In this document: positions 13,031-26,600 of the stretch, one piece after another
Position numbering within the stretch: the first letter of the stretch is position 1
Layout: each line of letters starts with the position of its first letter
Assembly (NCBI RefSeq): GCF_000150275.1
Contig: NW_002060962.1
Span: forward strand, 62,001 to 126,000
Reading direction: 5' to 3'
DNA: 64,000 nucleotides
Source of the DNA: Trichoplax adhaerens
Taxonomy: Eukaryota > Animalia > Placozoa
The notes under the pieces: model-generated
The model's database searches: none
Told to the model about the DNA's origin: nothing
Seen by the model: the letters and a program-made list of their open reading frames with translations, nothing else
Position numbers and translations under genes: made by a program

Positions 13031-13041
13031 ATGACTCAGCA
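13031..13041 (+). promoter_or_regulatory. Antioxidant response element (CNC/Nrf2-sMaf type)
   Basis: ATGACTCAGCA fully matches RTGACnnnGC and the NF-E2/MARE core. A related AP-1 site (ATGACTCAACA, minus strand) lies at 12850-12860. Confidence 0.55.
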
Positions 13042-13130
13042 AGCATAGGCACTATTGTATTAGGCAGTAGAGTCAGTGTTGGACACGCTTCATGTTGAAA
13101 CTACATGACGCTTCAAGACGAGCTCAACGG

Positions 13131-13656
13131 ATTTACTAACGTACAGTAAAAGAGTATAAAAACGATGCGGCCCATCCATAGGCAGACTACAGTTCTACCA
13201 AGAACGTTCCAACTCGGACTTCTATCGAATTGATTTTGCTCCAGCAATTATGGCGCAAGTGGAAAAATAAAGTCAAATTGATCTTAGAATAAATGAACTA
13301 ATAGCAGTGAAGTCAATGCCTTCATAATTATAATATACAGTAATAACACATAGAAGATAGCCAGGATGTTGAGAGGAGTTTTTTTGTTACAAATTTACTA
13401 ACGTAAGAGTATGAAAACGATGCGGCCCATCCATAAGCAGACCTACAGTTCTACCAAGAACGTTCCAACTCGGACTTCTATCGAATTGATTTTGCTCCAT
13501 CAATTATGGCGCAAGTGGAAAAATAAAGTCAAAGTGATCTTAGAATAAATGAACTAATAGCAGTGAAGTCAATGCCTTCATAATTATAATAATATACAGT
13601 AATAACACATAGAAGATAGCCAGGATGTTGAGAGGAGTTTTTTTGTTACAAATTTA
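13131..13656. repeat. Near-identical tandem duplication, two copies of about 262 bp
   Basis: Copy 1 starts at 13131 (ATTTACTAACGTA...) and copy 2 at 13393. Both end ...GAGGAGTTTTTTTGTTACAAATTTA and differ by only a few substitutions and short indels. Confidence 0.95.
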
Positions 13657-15378
13657 AAACATCAAACCACTTAAGAAAGAAGAAAAATGATTCAAAATCA
13701 TTTGATAGGCTGCCTAGGGAGCAACTATTTTTTTCTCAATGTCAAGTAGAGTGGGCATATTTATCCACAAAAAACATTGCAACACAGTGTTGATGTTGAT
13801 GTTTATATATGATAATGAAAGAGAGTTAGTACTAAACTAGGCCTCCAGCACTGTATCGCATTTTAATAGCCTTCAAAATTAAAATGCAGTAGATTAAATT
13901 GGGGAATCATCTTATTCAATACTGCAATAAATGATCACACGCTTGGAAAAGCTAAAAATGGACATAACATTTCTTTTATAAATAACTGCTGGAAAATCAT
14001 CATTTACTTTCCATAAACTCGATTTATACAGTTAGTAACGTAATTACGGTCAGGGATTACACAACGAGTTCAATGACGTAGCTTATTCTCCATGCTTTCT
14101 TAGTCATTATTTTTACTCATTGGATAGAGAAATAACAAGAAAGTAAATAGATCTCAAACAAAATGAAAACCAAAACACCCTTGGTCTTTGCTATGATTTT
14201 ATGATTTCTGCTTCAATGATTCAGATCGGGTATTGCGATTAACTAAGCCTGAGAGATAAGCGTATACCCGTAGATACCGTATATACAGTATATAAAAAAA
14301 GTAGTGAACATTTTATTACGGTCAACTTCACAGACTACGAACAATTTTAGTGAATTGGAAAGTAAGCTACTTTCATAAAATGGTAAAGCTTTAAGCAAAG
14401 CCTTTTAGTGGTACAATAATCATTCCAAAAGAATGCTGTAAAGGAATACATTATGTTAATTAGCACGCAAGGTCATTAAACGATCAGTTAGGATTCAAGT
14501 ATAAGTTATAATGACTTTTAAAATCAATAGCCAACCATGACTTTACGTACACAATAGATAAAATCTTAAATGAACTGCCAATTAGAGTAGATTTCATTGA
14601 TTAATTAATATTAGACTTAATTGTCTTTTATTTCGTTCTACACAGAAGTCCCGATATATGGATGCGTACATAAAAGCTCGATAATGGCGGCGATATCGTT
14701 TTATTGTTATTATTAAATTTATATCATTTATAAGTAGATCAGACACCTTTATTCTAAATCGTTTCAATGGATCAAAGACATATAACAAATTCTATATCCT
14801 TTACAAATATACAGCCCAAGAAGATCTCTTTATTCGGAATTGCTAATTATTTATACTAATTGAATTTTTAATAGAAAATGACTAAACAAATTGCCAATCG
14901 AAAAATTAAAAAGCAAATCAACCAATGAGAGTTTCTTCATTGGTGGCCAATTCTAGGTTAAGCTACATACGCATATCACTATCTAGCAATCGAAATAGTA
15001 AGATGATGGAGATAGTATGAGAAATTTAATGAGTCTTAATGCATCACTACCTGAGGTATAATTACCACTACGCTAATTATAATCAGCTACGAGAAAATAG
15101 GCAGGTGAAAGGAATGAAGTGAAGCTCATTACTTAAAAATCTTGTTTTGTTATGATAATTTTAGGTAAAACTTCTTAAACATAATATAATCAGACATCCA
15201 TTTCATATTCAATTTTACTTTTATGACAAAAATCAGCCCTCCCACCAAGGACCATCTACATTTCTCGAAGTAGTGATCATAGATACCCTACTCGCATAAT
15301 CTTATGAGCTCACTGTAAACATCATCTATTTTCGGAGCTGTATTTCAACCAATTATGCGCTAACTCGAATCCCCTTTT

Positions 15379-15850
15379 ATTTAAGGCAGAAGTATAACCA
15401 TAAGGAAGACAAGACTGAAATGATGGCTTCTAAAATCTATTACTAATGACGAGGTCAAAATTACCGTAGTGTTAAACAATACTGTAGTGTCTGATGAGTG
15501 CATCCTAATTTAAGGTAGAAATAGCAATAGGGAAGGCAAGACTAAAATTATGAATTCTAGAGTCTGTTATTACTAGATAAGATAAAAATTACATCTACAG
15601 TATGCATGCATGTATTATTAAATGATACTGTAGTATCTGAATGGATCGTAATTTAAGGCATAATTATACCGATGAGAAAGACAAGACTGAAATTATGGAT
15701 TCTAAAGTCTATTACTACAGGACATGATAAAAATTATTAAACAATACAGTAGTCTCTGAATGTATTCTAATTTAATTTAGAAGTGGAGAATGTAAGACTA
15801 AACTGTGAATTTTTAAATATAATACTTCTGGACAGGATCAAAATTAAACC
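15379..15850. repeat. Degenerate tandem array, about 4 copies of 120-145 bp
   Basis: Recurring ATTTAAGGYA...AAGACTRAAA(T)TATG..TTCTARARTCT.TTACTA...AAAATTA...ATACWGTAGT.TCTGA at about 15379, 15508, 15651 and 15770. Confidence 0.8.
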
Positions 15851-16965
15851 ATGCAGTGGATGAAATGAATAAAATATACTTAGAAAAATTTTATTTAGAC
15901 AAATAACCACTTCAGTAAATCCACAAAACATAAGAAAATGGGGTTTGGAATCAGAATTAACAAGTTATCCTACAATCATAACGGTAACTTCTAGAAAATG
16001 CATAAAAAGCCTATAAGTTTAAACGTATAAATTATTGCATACATAGTTGTATAGTAGGCAAGACTGAAATATGTACTAGATATTCAAACCTGGCACTGTT
16101 AGGTAGGTAGATTGATAAAGGTGAGCTGAATTGACAAAGTATAACAGAATTTAAAAAATTAATCTAAATAGATTATGTAAAAGTATCTCGAATAAACGGG
16201 TAAAGCATAAAGGAATTTAAGCATCAATGTTAGAAATCATCCTATTCCGCCTATTGTACATTTCGTCATGTCTGCACTAATATTATTGAACTTAGTTAGC
16301 ATCGATAATAAAAATCGATCAATTATTGTCACTAAATGTGCTACACTAATTAAATTGGTAAGCTAACGTGAGGTATCCAACCAGTATTTTTCTACTAGTT
16401 ATTTACCATATCATTTATCATCTCTTCTATAATATACATCAATATAAAGGTAAATAAATTCTTCATTCTTATAGTTGACAAAACAATATCCTTTCGTATT
16501 TTACGTCATTGTTCATTATGAAGTGATGAAAAGACCAAAGAGATTTTGTAGACGTATTTGTCTTTCATTGCTTACATTTTCAGCTTTAAAAATTATACTA
16601 TGATACTTGTATTCGAATCTAAATAGATCAGTGTAAATGATTTCTTAGTACCATCAGTGTCATCTTCATTAAGCCATCATTCCATCAAAGTCATCGATTC
16701 CATTTGGTATAGAAGGCTAATCCACTCGCAAAATTATGACAATACCGAAATCAATACAGTAAAATTTTGATGATTCTACATAGAATTGATCAAATAATAA
16801 CATGACTAATTTAATAACAAGATAGAATTGACATGATATAGATCAATTAATATGCTGATCGGCCACCTTTTATATGATGATAATAGTCATGTAGAATAAA
16901 AGTCTCAGCTGGATGCTTTTTTTTTATCCCTTCATCAAGAATAAATATCAATGATGTTGCTTGAT

Positions 16966-16978
16966 GTTGCTTGGCAAC
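16966..16978. promoter_or_regulatory. RFX X-box upstream of the DCDC2-like gene
   Basis: GTTGCTTGGCAAC, a near-palindromic X-box about 650 nt upstream of the ATG and just before the probable 5' UTR exons. Confidence 0.6.
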
Positions 16979-17622
16979 ATCATTGATCATTTTCAATCTA
17001 TAGTCCGATCATCGACAAGAATACACGCGACTTTAACTAATATTAGTTTAATATAAAAGTTGTTGGCAGTTGAAGAATTTTTTTCCACGTTACAATAAGT
17101 TAGTAGCCAGAATAACCAAAGTAGATCTTCTATAGAAGTGATTAAGGCGAAAGCAGTCGTTAAAGCAAAGCTAAAAATACGTCCAGAGTATTAAGAATAA
17201 TAATAAGTGTTGTTGTCAAGGTGTAAGTCGTATATTAAACAGTGTCAAAAAATTTTTCTGGCCAGTTTCAATAGTGATTGTTAATTACACGTGAGTATAC
17301 GTGATGTCCCAATAAACCCAAAATCGTGATGAGTCTACTTAACTGGACTTAAAATCTAATAATTAATCAATCTCTCACCACATTGAATAACCTTCACCGT
17401 TTCTACAAGATCTTTACTGGTTGGTGAACACTATCAATTTTCAACTTTGTTAATTTGATCCCTAGTAAGTTCGAATTGATTAAACTTATCTCTATAACAT
17501 CCTATTTTATTTTTTCATCGAACGCATTAATTTTTGTGCCAACGAGCTATTCTACGATTTGTTTTTTAACTTTTATTTTACCCTTTACATTTAACGAATT
17601 GTAGAATGAAATCTAGAGTAAA

Positions 17623-20600
17623 ATGGCGGCCAGTACATCAACTATGACGACAACAAGATTACCACCAATTCATGGTTTTCATATCCACGTTTATAGAAAT
17701 GGCGATCGATTTTATAAACCGCGTCGTTTTACCGTGAATCCCAAACAAGTTCGTAGTTTCGATGCTTTATTAAGCATGGTAACCAATGGAATTAACTCAA
17801 GAAGTGGAGCTGTACGAAATATTTATACACCGACATTTGGTCATAAAGTTCAAGATATGGCATCGATACAACAAGGAGGCAATTATGTTGCTGGTGGATC
17901 GGAAAAATTCGTCCGCATACAGTAAGTAAAACAAATTGTTCTAGCTGTTTTTTTAACTAAATATAACATTTCAAAAGCAATCTGATATACATTCTATCAA
18001 TAAAGGTTAAGAATAATAGGTGATAAAATCAGTCTATATTTACACTTATTTGAAGAGACTTTGGTGACTCGATTGATAATCTACACTGCAATTATACTAA
18101 TTGATTACTTAGCAACACTAAATCCGACAAAATGATACTACAAGCGAAAAACGACTCTTTCTTTACGTAAAATAAAAATAAAAACAAAAATATTCAGTCA
18201 TCATCCAAGTTAATAGTATAAAACATGTTTTAGGTTAGAGCAATTTTTCTGTACTTACAGTTAATGAACTGAACGTAAATTAAAAGGTAAAGGTGCTTGA
18301 TTTTGTCAATAAATCACATTCTAGTAAATATACACATTATCATATATTGTTCATGATCATTCTAGCCTAATATGATAAGAGTGTTGATGCTGGAAAAGTC
18401 TATTATCAGCTTCGCTATCAGTAGAAAGTAGATCGAATAACCAGATTAGTAAAAATTTTCAAGCATTGTAATTATTTTCAGAAGATTGTTCACAATCTAA
18501 ACATTTTAATCATATCCAAATCCGTACGCTTATTAGTATCCAAGCATTAAACGACTATAACAGAATAATAGATTCATAAATTGATGTCTGATTAAAGTTA
18601 TAGCAATTAATACTGTGCCCTAAATGCTACGGAAATTTAACAATAACATCTTACAGGAAGTATTGACTTGAAGTTAACTTATAGCATAGAAATTGAAGTA
18701 AAAGGTTATGCCATTTTCTATTAATGATGTAACTTGAAACCTCTTTCTATAAAGATTTCTTTAGTTAAAATTAAAGCATTTTTTGTCAAAATATTCACCT
18801 TTTTCATATTTAGAATAGGACTTCCTTAGAGCGCTATATTTAAAACTGTATACTGTAATGCATCGCATATTCTAATTACGTCTGCATTACATAGAAATGA
18901 TAGTTTTTACCCTAATATTCATTTTAATTGCAAGTGTTCCTGATACCATTAGCCTAAGTATTTTTCCTCAACATTACAGCAAAACTTCCCAAATATAAAA
19001 ATTTATATAATATATAGATATGAAGATATGATCAGTAAAGCTGCTTCAGGCAAAAAAATTTTCGTCTTCAGTCCAATATCAATAATAAAATCTTTCAATT
19101 TAACTATGAATTTCACTTTTTCAACATCATTTTTATGCCACCATTACCTGATTTTCTGCAGCTATCTACGCATAAATTTATTCGAAAACATACGTAGTCG
19201 TAAAAAAGAATATTATCGTCAGTCTATGACATGATTTTTCAGAAATGATAATTTCAATGGCTAGATTGTGGACGACATGTACTGATTTAACTCAATATCC
19301 TTTAATTCATTTTCCCAGTAATGATAATGACATCATTACTAGTGTACTTTCTCTCGATATCAAAGTATAAATTTTAGCTAATGACATCTAAAGTAAAATA
19401 TTACTCATACATGCTACTTATGATCAAAAATGATTACGACAGAGAGCAATGTTGATGACAGAGTTTTCCAATTTAATTTTTCATTCTAATTTACTTCAGG
19501 TATGATAAAATTGAGGAAATGGAAAAGATTCAAACTAGTAGAAAGCAAAAGTTACCATGGGTAAGTTAAACTTAATATACTACTAATAGGGTAAATTTGG
19601 GGTAAATTTATTGACTATAGCAAAGCATATAATGCATACCATAGTATCAATTATTTTACATAAATTGTTCGATAATAAGTCGATTGAACGACCATTTCGT
19701 ATGTACTGACAGATCTAAAATTAAATGAATATATAGTTTAGGTAAAAATCGTATAATACATGGATATCACACATTAATCAGCGATAGATAATGATACATA
19801 GTCTGATACCAGTAAATATCTTAGCTAACCAATGCACAGCATAAGAATGTTAACATCAGTCTGTTCATTTATGGATTGAATCTTTAAAGAAAGACTAAAA
19901 CTAAAATTAAGACATCCCCTATAGATTTGTCGATACTGTATCACCCATTACTTTTAAGGTGTACTATTGAGCTTAAGTAGGATAAAGGTTAGGACGATCA
20001 CTTTCCTAAGATATTCGACTTTAGTGAGCAGATCCGTAGCCATAGAACGAGCTGACCAGGCTGTTACCCCCATAAGAATATCACAATATACCCGTTAGAG
20101 TAAGCATGCTAATAACGTTGTCTTTCACCATATCCTTTAACATTTTCTTATCAGCAGAAGCTAAGATCAATAAAGCAAGATTGACAACACTGTAATTTCA
20201 TATTTCTACTTTTACGTCTAAATAGGGGCAGTAAAAATAGACAGATAGCAGTTGAAATAGTATTTATGTTATCAACAAATTTCATGTCTTTTAGTCTGTA
20301 TGAAATCTGTAGAAATAACTAAAGCTTCCAACGGTACCTTTATGCCCGTCAATTAAAAAATTTCAATAAAATTAGAAAAATAGATTACGTTTATGACAGT
20401 ATTTACATCCATAAGATAATGCTTACAACCCCATTTATGTTGTTTATGATTACAAGGTTAAATAAGCTCTTAAATATAGTATAAATATCCTTGTGTAATT
20501 TTGAAAAAATTAAGAATTTTCACGTAGACGAAAAAAATTATTGATAAGTTTATGTCAAAATTCGGTTAAATATTGGATCAATGCAGCAAGAAATCTCAAC

Positions 20601-23600
20601 TGTAGACTGATAAGTTGATGTTGCAAATTTATTTCAATCTCTACCTGTAACAATTAGATTTAAGCTAGTTTTATATTAACATAATGTGAAATTATTGGTA
20701 TTAAAATTCTCCCTTGACAAGTTCATCCCTCGCTCATGAATGCTTGACAGTACAGTATCTAATCCATTACTGTAACACGAAGTTGTTTAGTATTTCAATA
20801 CTTTTTTCATTGAACAGAATCGTATAAATGATTCCTGTTGGACATAAGATTGATATTAGCTAAATTTTACTCTCCTAGTTTTGTCCAACTACTAATTTTA
20901 TTAAAAGTAAACTCATTGACACATTTGCTATGGAGTGATTACAGTCAAAATAAACCGACTGGACGAAAAAGATCATCGTTACCACTAATAGAAATCACTT
21001 TGCTCTCACAGAACAATTTAACTAATTCACTTCCATTGTCATGATTGCACTCATGGCATATCTTAAAGAATGAATAGTAGCGGGTGGTCATTATTAATTA
21101 GTTCCTGTAATGACGTAAATACTGGGTATCATTCTATTCAGAAAAAAAGAAAAATGAACATAATAAAATGAAACAAGCGGGAAATGGAATAGGATTGCCA
21201 TAAAAATTTTTTAGTTTCGAGATTTTTCTTTCTATCTTACTTAGCTGTAATATCCATCAACTTTTAGATATATTTTTATACATATTCTAACGAGAGCTAC
21301 TTCAGTTTAGCAAGAGGGGAGTTAATAGACGATTGACTGACTAAATAAATAGTAAAATTCAAAGGAAAGTTATTAAAAGACATCAAAAATTATTCTTACA
21401 GTGTATTTCAATGTATTGCAATGCAAGAGGAATTTTTTTCTTTATGCTCTACTACCATAATCATTTCTATACTTTATCAGGACACAAACTAAATGAATTG
21501 AAAGCAGAAATAGGTATGATATAGTTGCTTATATAGTACGAATCCGATTGCCTATTGCTATAGGCTAAATATATAATATTAGGAAAATACGTTAACTCGA
21601 TTTAACTCGATTGATCTGGTAATAAGTAAGAAACTTGCTACTAGTAGGCGACGATATCGTAAACTACATTATCTACTTTAGATTTCATGACGGATCAAAT
21701 TCGATTCTAGTATTCTCATGCAATTAATTGCCCACCGTAGTAACATTGGTACCATCAATGGAACGAGCCAATACCACAATTCATTTTACATTTTGGTCTT
21801 TTATTTGCTAGCCATAGATTGTCTATTTTATATTATGATTGGATATCTTGAAATTAAATATTGTGATTTGTCGTCGAGTTAGTAGTACTCTATTGACTTA
21901 CGTCTACTTACCCTTCCTATTGCTTCCATATCAAAACAATAACTACTAATTGATATCCTGTCATTATTTCTCGATCATTGTACTCATATTTTTATTCTGC
22001 GGGTAACTGTAGGCGGTTTTTATCCAAATACTGTAATTATAACCGAGTTAATGCTAGGATATAGTCTTAAAATTATTATTACCATCGAATGAAATAGATT
22101 CTATTTACTGAAACAGATCTGACTAATTATCCAAGTTTACCGGAAATCAATCCCTTAGAATTGAAAACTTAATTATTTTCTGAGATAGTATGCCATTAAC
22201 TTTACTATGTTCTCATCTTAGGATTTTCGAAGGCGTCCAAACCGACTAATCGCCTCAGCACGTATTTATAAAACGGTGAATAAAATTAGAATCATCATGT
22301 AAGTTAGAGGAGATTTGTCCTATTTGATATTACTTTCATAACTTAACATTCTACTATTTAAAATCGATAAATTATCACTTTATCTGTCTACACTGGTTAA
22401 CTATAGAAACTTTCACATTAACTATTAGTTTATTCTTAGTTTACAGTCATAATGGTTTAGAATTAGAGGGATGAGATTCTAGTTTAAAGTGATCATTATT
22501 AAAGTGATCATTACGTGCAGCTTGAATTTATACCTTTGGCTCTGTTGCGTAGACTATTATGTTATTTCCTTCAAAATTTTAGTTCTTTCTTAGTTAGCAA
22601 AGTTTTAACGGTCTTTAATGAATAAACTACAACAATTGTATCTATAAGTCTATTCTTCCATTAACTATTAAATTAAAAATTTTAGACATTCAGTTATTTT
22701 GTCATTTAAACTAGAGAAATTCCTTCTACATGAAATTAATAATCTAGAACTAGAGAATTTATCTTACTTGCTCAATCATATATGCGTTACAAGATTATTG
22801 TTTTAGATTTTTTGTCAATTCTACTCATTAGTCTTTTCTGTCTATTCTACAATCCATGCAAGTCTATTCGTTACTAAATTATAAATTGAATCATCTCTAC
22901 AACGAAAATTTTTATACTACCATAGTTAAATCAATAGCATAGTATTTTGAATCTGCTACTACTACTACTATTCCTAAGATTAACAAATTCAGAAATTATG
23001 AATTTAAAAAATTAATCATTATTGTATCTTACTAGGGTTTATACCAACGGTGATGAATTTATTCCGCCAGCTAAAATTATAATTAGCAAGAAAATTTTAA
23101 GTTTGGATCATGTAAGCAAGAGCGATGATTGATATAAATGGCAATAATGAAGAGAAGCATTACAGAATGTCTTTCATGAAGTAATTGATTTTTATGAATT
23201 AATTCTTCAAAATTTCCTTTTGTAGTTGTTATCCATCGTTAGCGATCGGATAAGTCTCCAATTTGGTGGCGTTCGAAAGTAAGAGACAGATATTATATTA
23301 CTCGATTTGCATATAAAAAACGTTGTTTTACTAGGAGATAAAATAATAATTGCAAGAATAATTAGAAAATCAACTTCAATACTGTCCATTTTCTTATAAC
23401 CACAACAGACAATAATTGATCTCGCTTTCACGTCTCTACGATAAAATTCTAAGTTCAGTCATTCAATATTAATGACTGTCTTGTCCAAACAACTACACCT
23501 AAGGACAGGAAAAATTTTTTAAATATTTCTGGTTATCTTAAGTTAAATCACTTTCCATTTCATTAATCAACAGTGGTCTACCCTATCACAACTATCCATT

Positions 23601-26600
23601 AAAGTACATGCTTATCAGTTTACTTACTATTAATGTTATTAAAATTAAATCTAAAAACTAAAATAAAGTAAATAGAACCATTAATAGGGTATTCCATTAT
23701 AACATTCTATCTATTACAGACTTTGCGATCTCGATGGTCGTCCAGTTTTGGAAATACAAGACTTAAAAGATGGCGATGAATATGTCGCGGTCGGAATAAA
23801 AAAATTTCAACGTTTAAATTATGGCTTTACAGCCTCTGCTAAATTGCCAGTATCACTATCTAAAATGTAAGCCGATAGAAATACCAATCTGATTGTAGAA
23901 TCCTACTACATATTATAAATACTTAAATTATCTACATCATTTCATGCTCAAGGAATTCACGGGCTTTATATGTAAAATAATTCATTATTTCTATTTCGGC
24001 ATAAACATCGGAAGAATCGATACAATTTAATTTCTGCGTAGATAAATTTTTTAAAACTTTAGTTAATAAAACTGAAATCTAATTCTAGTAATAATCTAAG
24101 TTAGAATTGATATAGCCCGGATATTTAATCAAGAAGTGATACGACTACAACAGAAAGTGTGGTTTTGATTAAATTGTTACTAATCAACAAGTTTCTTTGG
24201 CCGGTAGCAAAAAGCATAATAGCTCCAACTCTACCGACAGTAGTATAAAAAGTGATGGCATTTCATCATTAAATTCATTGCATGGTCAAGATTCAGGCTT
24301 TGTAAATCACGGGAAAAAATCCAAGGTATTCTATCTTTCCTTTCTACAGTTACTGACGTCTACCGGCAAATGATAATGCTGTACTTCGCTAGCTATAAAT
24401 TTTAATAAAATAGTACGTTGGATATTTATATATAACTTATGTTTTTGTTTGAAAATTTTCATCGTAGAAAACCAACGTTAAAAGCTATCCAAATGGTATA
24501 AATGGGGACAATAGTTTGCAAGTAGATGACAAATTAATAGAAGAAAAGAAAACATTCCCAGCTAAACCGGTAAAAGTTAAAACAAAAAGAAGGAAAACAT
24601 CTCAACAGAGCGCAAATGATAGCACAGATGACGGTGCACCAAGTAATCCTCGTCATCAACCAAACAAAAAGGGTAAATAATTTTCATTTATTTTTATCTT
24701 CTTAATTAGCAAATAATGCTTGAAAATTTCTGTTTTCTAGTCCCATTTATAAAATAATTTTACTATAGGAACGAATTGAATACAAAATGCAGATTTCATA
24801 AAGCATTAAATGTCGTTCGAAACTGATATCCAAATTGATTTCATTTTCTCTTTCAAGGTATATTTAAAGCAAGTAGTATTCGCGATGAAGCTGCAGATGC
24901 AAAAGAAATTAAAGATGATAAAGGTAAATTCCAGAATTACTAGAGTAACTAATTAACTCCTCCAATGAACTTAACCAATGTCTTAGAAAGTTATCGTGGA
25001 AATGCTTGCTGAAGTAGAAACTTGTAGCACAAATAATAGCTGATGGATTCATACATACAATAATTTTTAGGAGAAAACTAACCAAGCATCTAAAATTGAT
25101 TAAATAGAGCTATCATATTATCTTTTCAATAGTAATTCAATTTTCTTTAATGTTATTAACCAGCAAACAATGCCCTCTTTCAAATTTAAAGGAGATCTAT
25201 GACATACTTCTTAAGTAGATACTAAATAGCAAAAGTAAAATACTCTATATTCTTTAAAATTCTTAAATAGTAAATTAGTTTTAAATGATGAAATTCGGTT
25301 TAGCCAACCCTTGATAGTATCGGAGCAATAAAAAATAATTTATTTACCGGAGCTTTAATAATTTTAACAACAAATCAACTAGAATACCGTAATCTCCAAC
25401 TCTAAACCTTAATCCTAACCCACTTTACCATTTGAGAACAGTTAACTATGCAATTAATATTCTTACCTTATAAATGAATAAACAATCAGATAATTAGATT
25501 CATAACTTGTCTCAGCACTAATAGCATAACTAGATTCTATTGCCGTACACTCTTTTAAAGATACTGCTGTAGAGAAAACTGTGGATATGATCAAGGCAGA
25601 GGAAGTACAGGAAGAAATCATTCGTGATGATGATGATCAAGCTATGGAGGCGACTCCTATCAGTACTAAACCTAGTAAGCTGCCAATTCCTATCAGTCAA
25701 TCCAAGGTAAATTAACACTATTTAGGTATGCATATGATTGCTCAAAATATGTCACAGACCAAAAATTTAGTCCAAGAAAGGAAAAGCATTAATATATACT
25801 TTGCAGCACCATAATTTCATCACCTTTTATAAACAATTTCTATAACTTTACTAATATCTAAACCGCATCCTAAAACAAAATAGGCTTGAATGGTAGTTTA
25901 AATGTATAGTTCATATACTCTATAATTTCTATAGCTAACTACTTATGATATATAGACTAAAAATCTGTTAAAGTTAAACAGGAGTGATTTATTATCGTTT
26001 TCTATAACCACATTCTAAAACAAAATAGCTTAAATAGGGATTCAAACATTTACTTCATGATTACTGCATGAGTATTAGGGACTAGTTACGATATATTGGT
26101 TACAGCAGAAAGCTTCTAAAATTGAGTAGAAGTAATTTATTGGCAGTAGATGATATCAATTAATTGAAGTGAGGATTTATCAAATAGTAATGTTAATCAC
26201 TAAATTGAATATACTTAGTCATATACTTTACGGTATACCATTTCAAGCTCTAAGACCGAATAAAAATGAACACTAGGTGAATAATGACTTAGAATATTAG
26301 CAAGAAATTCAGTCATCTGAAGTTTTCAATTTTATTCACCAATTTTAAAAGATGAAAATAAAGTAAGAAATAAAATATCGGATAGATGAGTATCAAACAA
26401 TTTTAGTCAAAATTCTGATAAAAAATAGTAATTAAAAGAATTGAAATAAGGGTTATACAAGTACTGTATATAATGTTCTGTTGATCAAGAAAAAACTTAT
26501 TATAAAATCGTTTTTCACCCAGTTTTAGTAACTGTTTCACTTTTATGCATGGGTATTATACAGAAATATATACTGTAAAAGCTTAGCTAATAGTAGCCTT

